Shown: one piece after another, positions 1 to 12,900 of the stretch | How the letters are laid out: the number at the start of each line of letters is the position of its first letter | Numbering within the stretch: the stretch's first letter is position 1 | Assembly: GCA_002245135.1 (NCBI GenBank) | Contig: NGBS01000303.1 | Span: forward strand, 62,001 to 126,000 | Direction: 5' to 3' | Source: Proteromonas lacertae | Lineage: Eukaryota | DNA length: 64,000 nt | The notes under the pieces: generated by a model | The model's input: the letters and a program-made list of their open reading frames with translations, nothing else | What the model was told of the DNA's origin: nothing | Database searches by the model: none | Program-made: the position numbers and the translations under genes

Positions 1-235
1 TTGTATATTTTGTCTTTAATTTCATTGTTGGATTGTATTTCTTACTGGTATTTAGAGATAAAAAGGTGTTTTTAGTTTTGCAAATAATATAATATTGTGT
101 ATTTCTTTGTTTTGTTTTTTTTTTTTAATTATTTTTTAATATTTATAAACATAAATCATACATTCACAAAAATATTCAAATAAAATATATTAATATAGGT
201 AAACTAAATTAGTATATAATAGTATTTTACTACTA

Positions 236-552
236 CTATTCATTAAAGCTTAAAAATTCACATGAATCAGAATTAGGTAAAGAGAATAATATGGGAGACA
301 TGTTGTTGGAATTAAATGACAATAAAGGACTGTTTACATTAAATAAATTACTATTGCTATTGTTACTGTAATTATTATTACCCAACATATCTCCAACATT
401 ATTATTTGTATTTGATGTAATTACATTATTACTAATATCTACGAAATTTTCACTATTTTCACTATTATTATTATTATTATCAATTAATGATAAATATGGA
501 CCAACCTGTAAAGATAATTGGTCAGGCATTTGGATTAAATTATCTTCATATA

Positions 553-585
<33 letters not shown>

Positions 586-1891
586 CATTACATAGAATCA
601 TTTGCGGTTGTGGAATTAATTGAACTTCTTGTGGTTGTTCTATCATCTGAATCTGCATTTGTTGATCTTGCATATCCATCTGTTGTTGCGGTTGTTGTTC
701 TATCTGTAACTGTAATTGTAATTGTTGTTGCATTTGCTGATTCTGTTGTTCAATTTGTTGTGGTTCATAGTAACAGTATGGATCATTACTGTAAGCATAC
801 TGTTGTTGATCTTCATCTTCATTATTATAATTATTACTATTATCTATACAGTGTGATATGGATGTTGGTGTAACTGATGCTGATCTTGGAGTAACTGTAG
901 TTGATGATGATAAAGATGGTGGTGAAGCTGCAGGGACAGGAATATCTAATTGAGGAGAATAAGTTATACCATTATTATTGTAAATTATTGGGTTATTATT
1001 ATTATTATTTTGAAATATTGCACCACCATATTTTTTCAATATTCTTGTTCCTATCCTTGGTTTTGATTTCATTTCATAATATTCTTTTACTTCTTTTCTT
1101 TTTTCTTCAGATATTTTTAAATTATCTATTAATTGATCTAGTGTAAATCCATTTTCCACAAAATTGTAAAATCCGAGCTTTATCATTGGTTCTGTATGAC
1201 TTTCTATATACTTCTTTTTGGCTTTTGAATTAAAGCGGTTTTTGATGTTATTTTCACTTCTTCCTGGAATTATTTTAGCTATTTCTGCCCATTTATTACC
1301 AATCACTTTTTGTAATTCAAATAATAGGATATCTTCCTCTTCTGTCCACTCAGATCGTTTGATACTTTGATCTAAATAGTTCAGGTATCTTTCTCTACAT
1401 TGCTTACCACTACGACCTTTTAGCTTATTAGCTACATCACTCCATTTTATATCATCTATTCCATTTGCTTCTACAGCATTTAAAATAATTCTGTCTTCTT
1501 CTGACGTCCAAGGTCCTTTAATTATTTCTGGTGATGTGATAATCCTCCACCGACGCATGCACTGTATTTCACTTCTTGTTCCTACGTAATCTGCAATCAA
1601 CCTCCAATTTTTGTGTGGATATTTTTTAAAACCAATTTGTAACCTTCTATCTTCCTCTTTTGACCATTTTTCTATTGAGTTCATTTTTCCTTTCTGTTTG
1701 GCGGTTGTATTTAAGTGTAATGTGTGTTCTAGATATTTATTCGGACTTTCACTTAGTGCTGAAGAAGGACTGACACTTACATCAGATAGTGGTGATGTAG
1801 ATCCTAATATTACAAATGGCGGTGTCAAAGTGTCATATTCCTCAATAGTGTGTGAAGTAATATCCGGTATAGCTATTGATGTTGTAGACAT
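236..1891 (-). CDS. R1R2R3 (3R) MYB transcription factor, intronless, N/Q-rich tail
   Basis: Three MYB repeats (KWSKEED...QCMRRW; KGPWTSEED...GKQCRERYLNYLD; EWTEEED...GRSENNIKNRFNS). Confidence 0.93.
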
Positions 1892-2277
1892 CAGTAAAAT
1901 ATGTATTATAAATTACAAAATTAACAAACTCCCAAAAAGGCAAAATATGTTCAAGCCAAGTATTTTCTGAGTCATTTGAATTTTTAATACTATCGTGTTG
2001 TTTTTTATCGTAAAACATAAATCTGCTTATAAAATTTAAAGAATGATGTAAAAATAAAAGGGAAACACAGAATTATGGTTTTTGTATTGTGATGTAATAT
2101 TATGAGATTAACCACACAAAAGAAAATAGATTAATTCATAATTATTGTCAAAAACACATGTGACAAAGAAATAGAAGATAAAAAGCACAATATTCATCTT
2201 TCAAACATGTTTGAAGTTTAGAAATCTCAAAAATCTTTTTTTATTCTAAATCGCTCATAGATAAGTTTAGTAATTAA

Positions 2278-3991
2278 ATGAGTACTATTAATAATGGAAT
2301 TACTAGGGATGATGATGTTCAACTGACTGTGGATGATGAAAGTCCACATTTAGTTGAAGAAGCCGAATTACCAGAACCTGTTGACACAGCATTATCCAAA
2401 CAACCAAAAAGCAATAATATATCTCCATTACACAAAGAATCAGGTAGTAAATCACCTAGATTTGAAGATTCTAGTGCACCTCCATCTACACCAATGTCAC
2501 CTTTGTCAGGTGATGAAGCTCCTCCAAGTATGTTTTTTTTATTTTATATTTTATTATATAGTTGTTTTACATTTGAGTAGTTCAGAATCTCAAGATTTTA
2601 TTCCACAACAGAAGATGCTATCGACAAAACAAAAGGTCTTTACACAAATTCGTGAAATTGAAGAGAAAAGAGCACCAAGACACGCTGCATCTTTAAAATT
2701 AGGTAATGAAAACTGGTCTGCAATGAAGAATCATTTAGATAAAGGATATACAGAGATTAAAAACCTTGTGGAGTATATATTTTAACATATTTATTTTTTT
2801 ATAGTTATGCATCAAAATTCCTTGAAGCACACAAAAAACTAATTTTTACACATCAATATCTTCAAAGAGCAATTATACCAACATTAACTAGTTATGACAG
2901 TAAAGGTGAACAAATAGATACTTCGTTACAACCAATGATGAAAGCTTTACAAACACTTCATGAAGGATCTATTGACAAATTGAATGAATTTATAAAGACA
3001 ATGTCAAGTTCTGTTATAGATAATAAGTTAAAACCAATGAAAGAACAATATAAAATTGAAATTGAGAATCTATCTGAAGAAATAAAATCTGCTTTAAAGA
3101 ATTATGAAAAAGTCGGTAAAAATTGTATTACTGCCTATGATAAATTGAATGATACACTCACAAAGACAATAAAGAGTAAAGAAGAAGGAAAAATGTTCCA
3201 TCAAGATTTTTGGAGTGAACAAGCTAGTTATATTGCTGCTTTGAATATTGAGACTGATACAAGACAATATTTAACCACACATTTAGGTCAAGCATATGAA
3301 AGAATCAAGGATATAGAAAAAACAAGAATAGAATCAACTCAAAGTGCCATGGAGGCTTTAGTACAGACTACACAGCAAGTATTAATTCCATTTTTATATG
3401 TTTATAGTTATATAAAGAACTTGGCAAAGGATTTGACCAACCATTGTCAAATGCAACAATTGACCCAAATATAGATATCAGTAGACTGTCAGATATTATG
3501 AGCACTATTAAAGAGAAAAAATTATCAGCTAGAGAACAGATATTATCACAGCAACCACCTGCTGACTCAATTCCAACGATAGCTAATTCGCCACTGGTTT
3601 TAAAATATGGAGTATTAGCACTCCAGTCACCTACATTAACATGGGATGCTGTTCACGTTATTGTTACTCAGGATGCTCATATGCTTATCTATAAAAGTTC
3701 TGGAAGTGAAAGTACAGAAAAGTTCTTAGCTTCTCAAGCGTATATTTTAAGCCATTTCCCTTTTATAGTAATTCTCCTTTTGCTTCAATATTTTTGACAA
3801 ATTCGGTTGTAGCTAAGAGAGAGGTTGTAAATCCATGTGCATTCCAAGTAACAGAGAAAAAGAAACAGATTATGTGGAGTACCACAGCTAAATATATCCT
3901 AAGAGTTTCTTCAGAGGAAGATTTGTTAGAGTGGATGGATCTATTTATGCATATGCATGTTACAGAGGATTCAGAGACTTTTACAATATAA
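2278..3991 (+). CDS. BAR/F-BAR-like coiled coil plus C-terminal PH domain protein (4 introns)
   Basis: Five ORF pieces join in frame via GT-AG introns near 2528, 2773, 3379 and 3740. Helical middle; PH-like end (KYGVL..QS...TW...YILRVSSEEDLLEWM). Confidence 0.65.
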
Positions 3992-4131
3992 TAGCTTATT
4001 ATTTTTATATGTATTTTTTTATGTGAAGAATGAAATTTTTAAAACCGCCTAAAAAAATCATTTGATCTTTTTCTATTTAATTTTTTTGAGTAAGAGTGGT
4101 CGGCTAATTCCAACTGTGAATAAGCTCAAAA

Positions 4132-5553
4132 ATGAATATGTCATCTTCTGCATCTCATGAGCCGGTTTATGTGCCTATGGACGCTATCCAGAATCAATAT
4201 GTGTACATTCAGCCAGCTCAAACAAGTCCGGTTTCTATACTCTCTATCCAAAATCCTGCTCCTACTTACCCTGATAATTACCTCGCAGCAGACGAAATTG
4301 CCATATCAGGTGTAAAAAAGAGAAAATCAAGAACTGTGGTTCATGAAAAATGGTCAAAAGAGGAAGACAAAAGGCTCAGTGATGCTGTCAAGAAGTATGG
4401 AGCAAAGAATTGGAAAAAGATCGCTAGTGAAGTAGGTGGTTCAAGAAACGATGTGCAATGCTTGCATCGATGGAGAAAGGTCATTTCACCAGAATTAGTG
4501 AAGGGCCCTTGGACTCCAGATGAAGATATGATCATTATGAAGGCTGTAAGAGACGCTGGTGATGTAAACAACATCAAGTGGTGTGAAGTAGCAGCTAAGT
4601 TAAAAGGAAGAATAGGTAAACAATGCAGAGAACGATATCTCAACTATTTAGATCAGAATATCAAAAAATCAGAATGGACTGAAGAGGAAGATAAAATATT
4701 ATTCGAATTACAACGAGTTATTGGTAATAGATGGTGTGAAATCGCTAAAGTTTTACCAGGAAGAAGTGAAAATAACATCAAAAATAGATTCAATTCTAAA
4801 GCAAAAGCAACTTATCTTTTACACCATCGAACTCCAATGATTCCTATTCAAAACTTATGTACTGCTTCACCAGATGATGATCCAAGACAGCCAAGAAAGA
4901 AACGAAAATTAATGTGTCCTCCACTACAACAATTATTAAGATATTTGAATTTATCAAGCCAAATGCTTGACTCTATTATTCCACCATTACCAGTTTCTTC
5001 ATTTGTTTCACCTAATAATACGACAACAACTCTATCTTCAATTAATAATAATGATATTCCAATACCTGATAATATGTATAACATAAATAATAATAATAAT
5101 TCTACAGCTCCAGCTTTATTACCATTATCATCATCATCAAATAGAAATCAATTAGGCAATAATAATAATAATAATAATCTATATGGTGGAAATAATGAAG
5201 AAGATGAATTGAATTTATTAACTAAACCAACACTTACTATTGTTGATCAACAACAACAACAACAACAACCATTTAATATTACTGATAATAATAATATAAT
5301 AAATAATAATAATGACCATATAAATAATTGTGGTTATAATATAAGATCCACTCGTAGCAACAACTATAATAATAATACAATTGGCGTTAGTACAAGATCA
5401 AGATCCAGAAATAATAATAATAATAATACCAGTTATAGTGGTTTTTATACAGGTAAATACAGTAGTGGAAGGACAACAAGATCAACTAGAAACTCAACAG
5501 CTGCTGCAGCAACAGCTGAAAGACAAAGAAAACAAAAAGAAATGAAATTACAA

Positions 5554-5584
<31 letters not shown>

Positions 5585-6261
5585 TCCAACAACAATTACA
5601 ACTCCAACAACAACAACAACAACAAGAGTATTTTGACCAACAACAATATCCACAATTTTTATATTATTTTCAACCATTCATACCATCATATGCTTTAAAT
5701 ACATATGAAAGTGGTATATATAATGAATATGAAATATCTGACCAACAACCACCACATGTAACTCAATTATCACAACCACCACATGTAACTCAATTAAATC
5801 AACCACAACCATTAGATGAATTTGATAATGAAAATCCTAGTTCAATAATGTTCCAAAATAATATTTATATGAGTAATTTTAGTACAAATAACAACATCAA
5901 TAATAATGCTAACCTCTTAAATAATAATTTAAATAATAATAATAATAATATCTTTATTCAAAGCATGGATGATTCTACTAATTCAACAATCTCTAACTTG
6001 ATGATGTTGAATGATAGTAGTAATAGTGTAGGAGGTGTTAATATAGAAGAAGATGAGGAAGTTAGAATGTATTTGAATGAGAATGGACGTTATAATGATC
6101 CACTAAATCCCATTCCTTCATTTATTGAGGATCCTACTATTGCTACAATAACAACAACTAATACAATAAAAACAATTTCATCTGACGATTTGAATGTATT
6201 GTTAAATAATTCTAGTTCCAGTTTAGTTAATAATAATAATAATAGTATTACAACAGATTAG
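4132..6261 (+). CDS. R1R2R3 (3R) MYB transcription factor, intronless, paralog of 236..1891
   Basis: Three MYB repeats (KWSKEEDKRL...QCLHRWRKV.SPELVKGPWT...GRIGKQCRERY...GRSENNIKNRFNS); poly-N/poly-Q tail. Confidence 0.95.
5746..5805 (+). repeat. 27-bp in-frame tandem duplication (QPPHVTQL x2)
   Basis: caaccaccacatgtaactcaatta occurs twice with 27-nt period. Confidence 0.85.
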
Positions 6262-6471
6262 ACGATTAATTTAGGTATAAACCAATCATTATATATAATA
6301 ATATAAAAATTTATACATTTATATTTCATTACATTTCACAATTAATGATTTGAGGAAGTTTTTTTAAAATGTTTTTTCTTTTTGGATTAATGTTTTGTTT
6401 TGGTGTAATGAAATAAAACACACACAAAGAGAGTTATTATTATAACAATAATTAAAAAATCAAAAAATCAG

Positions 6472-6753
6472 TTATCTCCTGTGATGATGGCTTCTACTTC
6501 TACTTCTTTTATCTTTACTATGACTATGATGATGTCTATGACTATGGCTATGACTACAATATAAAATATAAAGCTAATTATACTGTCGATGATGATCTTT
6601 ATCACGACTTGATCTTCCTCTTCTATTATCATCATAATCACGTCTATTAGACCTATCTCTATCTCTACTTCTTTCTCCATCTCGATCACCATTGTAATTA
6701 ATTGGAGATTTTGTTGGTGGAAGAGGTGGTGGTGGTGGTGGTGGAAGTGATTG

Positions 6754-6786
<33 letters not shown>

Positions 6787-7679
6787 TGATGATTTTGATT
6801 TATCATCAGAACCACTAGTAGTAGTTTCTTTTTTACCTTCAAGTCTTTCTTTTCTTTCTTTTAACTCCTGTAATCCATGTTTCATTAATAAATATCCCTG
6901 ATGAATTCTACCACCAAAATGATCAGCTAATCTCCTAATATATATATATAATAATAATAATAATATTTATACAATTCACTATCAACTACTGATAATAAAG
7001 CACCACAAATATCACAAACTCTAAGCTTGGTATTACCATCAGCAGCACCTAAATTAGGAATTGTTGAGGCAAAATCCATTATATATCTTGCTTGAGCTAT
7101 GTATTTATCTTCTCTCAATTTCTCTACTGTTGCCATAAATGTTGAAGCTTCATCTACTAACCCTTCTTCTGCAGCTGCTTCTGCTCTCTTTTTCATTTGT
7201 TCTATTTGTCTATTTATTGTTTTTACTGCATCATTATCTTCTACATATGACATCTCAACGTTGTGTCTATCATAATACTTATTTTGCCCTCTCTATATAT
7301 AATAACAATTAAAATTTATACTTTGATTTTTCGATCGGTTTCTGCCATTACTTTTACTATCTGTTTTTCAAAATCATCATAATAACGCTGAAATTCTTTT
7401 GGGTTTTTAGCTTGCTCTCTTTGAAATCTATACAAAATTTACATTAAACTAATTAATATGTACTGCAACTTCAGTTTTTCATCATGAACTTTTTCACATG
7501 ATCCTACATCTATTTTTGTATTTTCAAAGAGCTGAACTGGACAAAATCCACAAAGAAAATATCTACATACACTTTCATCACGATAATCCTATTTAAATTA
7601 ATCAAAATAAAACTATTATATATACAGTCACTTCAGCTTTTCCAAATAGCATATCTAACATCGCCCTTTGCTCATCCAT
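6472..7679 (-). CDS. LUC7: LUC7-like U1 snRNP protein (5 introns)
   Basis: MDEQRAMLDMLFG; ZnF1 VCRYFLCGFCP..LFENTK.DVGSC..VH; ZnF2 LRVCDICGALLS..D...RLADHFGGRIH.GY; RS/RD-rich tail. Confidence 0.92.
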
Positions 7680-8029
7680 TGTGTTTTATCTATAGAGTAT
7701 ATTTTAATGTTGTTTATAAATTATTTTAAATTAAAAAAATCAAAATTTAAATAAAACTACACTTTAAAATGCAAAAATCTAGAAAAGTCGAGTTTGATTG
7801 AGTCAAGCTTTAATCTATTTTACATTTTCTTGTTTTATGAAGCAATGGAATGTCAAATGTTTTGATAAATAATGAAATATATTACAATTGATTATATTAT
7901 GTGTTTATACAGAAGTTAAAATAGAACTATCATAATACATACAATACAAAGAAAGACAAAGAAATACATGAAACGGTTAGTTGGTGTAAATTGTAGATTA
8001 ATTTAACTCTATAATTGTAGTATTATATA

Positions 8030-9767
8030 ATGATTAGAACAGATATTTTAAACTATTTCAATATAGATGTGGATTATTTTGACTTTGGCTTTAACTTTGA
8101 ATTTCCAGAAAAAGATTCTCTCAAATATAATCGAGGTGGAAGAGAATATATTCGTCCTTGTGGTTGGTACAGATTTGGTTTGAAGATATCTGGTAAATAT
8201 GATAATGGAAATGATGATTGGCTAGGTGAAAGTAATTGTTCTGGTGAATGGGTAAATGCTTATCATGGAACAAAGATAAAGAATGTTAAAGATATATTAG
8301 AAGAAGGATTAAAACCTGGTAATCGTAATGCTTATGGAGTTGGAATATACTGTTCTCCCAAAATAGAAATAGCATCAAGATATGCTACTCCATTTGAATA
8401 TGAAAAAGAATTATATAAAGTAGTAATTCAAGTGAGAGTAAAACCTGATAAAATAATAGACTGTAAAACTAAAGGTGGTAAAGAAGATTATTGGTATATA
8501 GAAAAAAGTGAAAATATTAGAAACTTTGCAGTTTTAATGAAAAATAAAAATAAAGAATCATCATCACTACAAAAGAATCCAATAATCCATAATCATATAG
8601 AAATACATAAAAAATCCAATTCAAATAATCAAAATAGCATTGGTAGAAAAATATCTACAACAAGAAACACATTGAAAAAAACATCTCCATTAAAAACACA
8701 TCCAATCACAAAACTACCACCAATACCTAATCAATTAAAAATGAATATTACCCAACCTATAACAATACCATTACAGATTCCTAAAAAACAACCATCATTG
8801 CAGTTATCTGCAAGCATCTAATCCAACACCATTATTATCTCAAAGAATACCAAATCAATCAACAACGAAAGTAAATCAATCAGAACAATCAATACCATCA
8901 CCTCCTCAAAATCCTCAAAATCTACCACATCTTCCAAAGTTTTTAATTCCATTAACAAAGACAAATACATCACCCAAGACAGTTTCTACAATAACACGAT
9001 GTCCATCATCAACTACATCAACTTTATCAAATACAACAACAACCACATCAATTGCATCTCACCCAATAGTAAATAAATCAATACTATCACCTCTTCAAAT
9101 TCAACAAATAAATCCACCAAAGCCTTCATCTTCATCATTTTCTTCATCAACAAAATCACAATCACCACGAAGTGCAAGTACTCCTCCACCACCTAAAATA
9201 GCATTTGTATATAAAACATCTTCCCAACCTACAACTTCAACTTCAACATATTCTGAATCAAATACTATTAAACAAAATAAATCAAAGATAGTGAATAAAT
9301 ATAAATATTGTGGATATTTTGAAATATCGAAATATAAAAGCTGTTGTATTGATTGTATAAGAAATATTTTGTCCTTCCTTTTATTATCAGTATTTATCTC
9401 TATTCTAAGTATGAGATTTGTGAATTATTTAGATTATGAAAGTATTTTATTACAAAAATATGGAATAATATCAATGTTTAGTGTATTGAGTTTATCAATC
9501 GAATGTTTAGAAATATTTATAAACTGTTTTAAAGTTGAGTCATTAAATTATATAGGATATAAAGTGTATAGCAGTATAATATGTGTTTATTATATATTAA
9601 TCAGTATTTATACACTAATTAATGATATATCATTACCATTTTATTGTTTAATAATGACTGGAATAATTCATTTATTTGGTTGTTGTTGGAAAATGATAAA
9701 AGAAGAAGAAGATGATGAATTAAATAATGTTCAAATATTACACAAAAAGAAGGGAGTAATGATTTAG
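8030..9767 (+). CDS. NEURL4/PARP-like ADP-ribosyltransferase domain + P/S/T linker + about 4 TM helices; 1-nt frameshift near 8812
   Basis: RPCGWYRFGLK...W..AYHGT...G.GIYCSP...Y...YKVVIQVRVKP motifs. The shifted frame from about 8813 stays open into the hydrophobic 9291..9767 ORF. Confidence 0.65.
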
Positions 9768-9903
9768 ATGTAAATAGTGAAGTAAAATATCCAAGTAAAT
9801 AATATAAGATTATTTTTTCATTGATTTAAATGTCTTTCACCGTTTCTTAATATATTATTCTGTTTTTCATCATCATAAACAACAAATTAAGTTATAAATA
9901 ATC

Positions 9904-12900
9904 TTAAATAGGAGGCAATGAATTTAAAGTACTTAATGAAAATATCATTTCTAATTGTTTTCTTTCGCTTTTATTATCATCATTAAGTTCTCTTTCATCA
10001 TTTACTTCAATCTCATTATATTCAGAATCATATCTGAATATTTTTCTATTTTCAGTTATTTCAAAAGATTTATCACGATTATCAACTATTATCTCCAAAC
10101 CTTCTTTTCTATTCATATTATATATATATATATATATATATTATACAGGAATTTTGGATCTTTAACATTATTCCATTTCAAAATATCTTCTACTTTCACT
10201 TTATACTTCTCACAAATATCTTCTATTTTTTTATCCTCTTTAATTTTATATTTCTTTGGTTTTTTAACACTTTCATCTTTAATATTCCATATCCATTGAC
10301 GAATTGTATTATCACTCGAAATTGAAATCGTCATATTATTATCAAACATTACACTTAATATTGAATCTTTATGTCCATTGAATGTTTGTAAACACTATTT
10401 TTATTATAAATTATATGTATTATTATATATACTGATCCTGATATTATATCATGTACTTTAACAACATTATCATCTCCACCACTTATCAACTTCAACGAAT
10501 CACATTGTAAACTTCTAATACAACCATCATGTGCTTTTATTGATTTAACTAACTTTGTAGTATTCACATTCCATATATATATTATCCCATCTTGACTTCC
10601 ACTGATTATATCATCGCCTGATTTATATAAACATGATGAAGGAGATGTATGGCCTACCAATTTAAACCTTCTTTCTAATTGTTCATAATTACTCTTTACT
10701 CCACTATGTTTCCATCCATTTATTATACATTCACTACTTCCTGTAAGTATCATATCATCGTATAAATATATTGATTTTATTGTGTGTAAATGAGCTTTCA
10801 TTTTCATTAACATTTCATACTTTTTATTATCCCAAATTATGAGAAAACAGTCAGTTCCTCCACTTACTATAACTTCATCATCTAAACATAAATAATAAGA
10901 GTATATATTATTAATAATTATTATACTTGCTTTGATACTCCATACAGTAGCTTCATGACCAGATAATACTGCTAATCGTTTATAATTAACCATATCCCAA
11001 ACTTGAACAGTTGTATCAGTTGATCCAGTATATACAATATTATTATACACATATAAACAGGTAATATATGCATTCTTACTACAATTGATGGATGTATTTG
11101 TGTAAAACATACAATCACCATTGTCTATATCATATTGGAAGATGTAATTATCATGACTTGTATAAATATATGGGTTGTATAAACAACTGTTATTCATTCT
11201 GTTTTTATCATCAAAATTTGCAGCACGGAATAGATGAAGTGATGTTACTTGTTTTGACAAATCACTCTAAATTAATATAATAAAATATAATTATATTCAA
11301 TACATGTTCACAATCTCTTTTCAATATCAAAGTTCTCATAATATTTTTCTTTACATCATAATTCAGTTTTGCTCTATTAAATTGAAGATTCAATTCTTTC
11401 ATATCAATTGTAATTTGTCTGATAGTTTCATTAATTTGTTTTCTGTCTTTCTGAACATCATTATCTTCACTGTATTTTGCATTTTCTGCAGCAACTGAAA
11501 ATAGTTTCTTCACTTTTGAACTTTTATTGTGTAAATTGTTAAACATTTCTCTTGCTCTTTTTAGTTGAAGTGCTTTATCATCAAGGTTCTTTTTAGCAAT
11601 ATCAAATAGACTATATGAAAATAATAAAATTATAAATGAATATATTTATACTTTTTGGCTTCATCAATTTGTAATTGCATTTCAGTAATTTCTTTTTCAA
11701 TTTCTGGCAATAACACTGAAAATCTTGTTAAATTAACTTCTACAATTTCTTTTGGTGTTATTCCCATCAATTTACTATGGATGTTATTCAACTTCTTAAT
11801 CTTCTTATCAACTACATTAAACAGTCTTTCATTAGTTTCATTATAAAGAGTTTTATATTTCTCAGCTTTATCTTTCATCAACAATTTATCATATGCCATT
11901 GATTTCAACAAATAAGAATCTTTAATGATTTGTGAATCTTTTAATTCTACACCTAATTCATAGGCTGATATTGCTTCTCTTAAAGCTTCTCTTACATGAC
12001 CCATATCGTGGTATAAATATCCTAATCCTGTGTGGCATAATCCAAGAATATATCTATTATTAATACTTTCAGCAACTATATACATAATATAAATATATAT
12101 TTATACTTCCCATAGAATGTTCAAACTGTATACAAGCTTTGTTATAGAGTTTTAAATTAGTATTTGTCATTGCTATTTTGTAAGTTAAATAACTTGTTAG
12201 GATTTTATTATCATCATTTTCAACTATTGTTAACAGTTTCTTATAGTATTCATCAGCTTTTGTATATTCTTTAATATTGAAATAACTATCTCCTGTGTAT
12301 AAATACTGCATATAATGTTCTTTATTTTGATTTATCGAAAATCTTACATCATTATACTATAAAAAAATAAAAAATTAATATATATATATATACAGATTGA
12401 TAATACTGACTAGATCTAAAATCTTTTTCTTCATCAATTGTATAATTCAATTTCATTAATTGTCTATTTACAGGATTTAAATCATGAATAACATTCTGTA
12501 CTTCTTTTTCTAACTGATTTCTTTGTAATTCAATTTCAGATATTGGAATTGGAGTTAATTGATTATTTTGATTATTATTATTATTGTGTTTATTTACAAT
12601 TATAGTTTTCCATATGTAAAATAACTTTATCAACGGTCTTTTCCTAATTATTGATAGATGTGCGCATTTATTCATTTTATCATAATAATCCTTTTCCATT
12701 TTCTGTAATTGCTTCGTTTTTGTTTCTAATTCTTCTTTTAATAATCTTTCTTTTTCTTCACTCTTTTCTAACAACTCTTGTATTTTATATAATTTGTTTT
12801 TATTATCAGAAATCTGTTGATAATAATCATCTCTCTTCGCCTCTAAGCTTCTCAATTTTGTACCAATTTTAGATTTATTATTACTATTTATATTCTTATT

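Noticed and set aside
1..92. 3' end of an upstream plus-strand gene
   Set aside because: Two frames are open and a GT-rich tract follows, but it is too short to assign frame or product.
487..1970. Numerous short ORFs rich in Y/I/V/F/L runs overlapping real genes (here and throughout)
   Set aside because: Off-frame or antisense translations of (AAT)n, (CAA)n and (GAA)n coding repeats.
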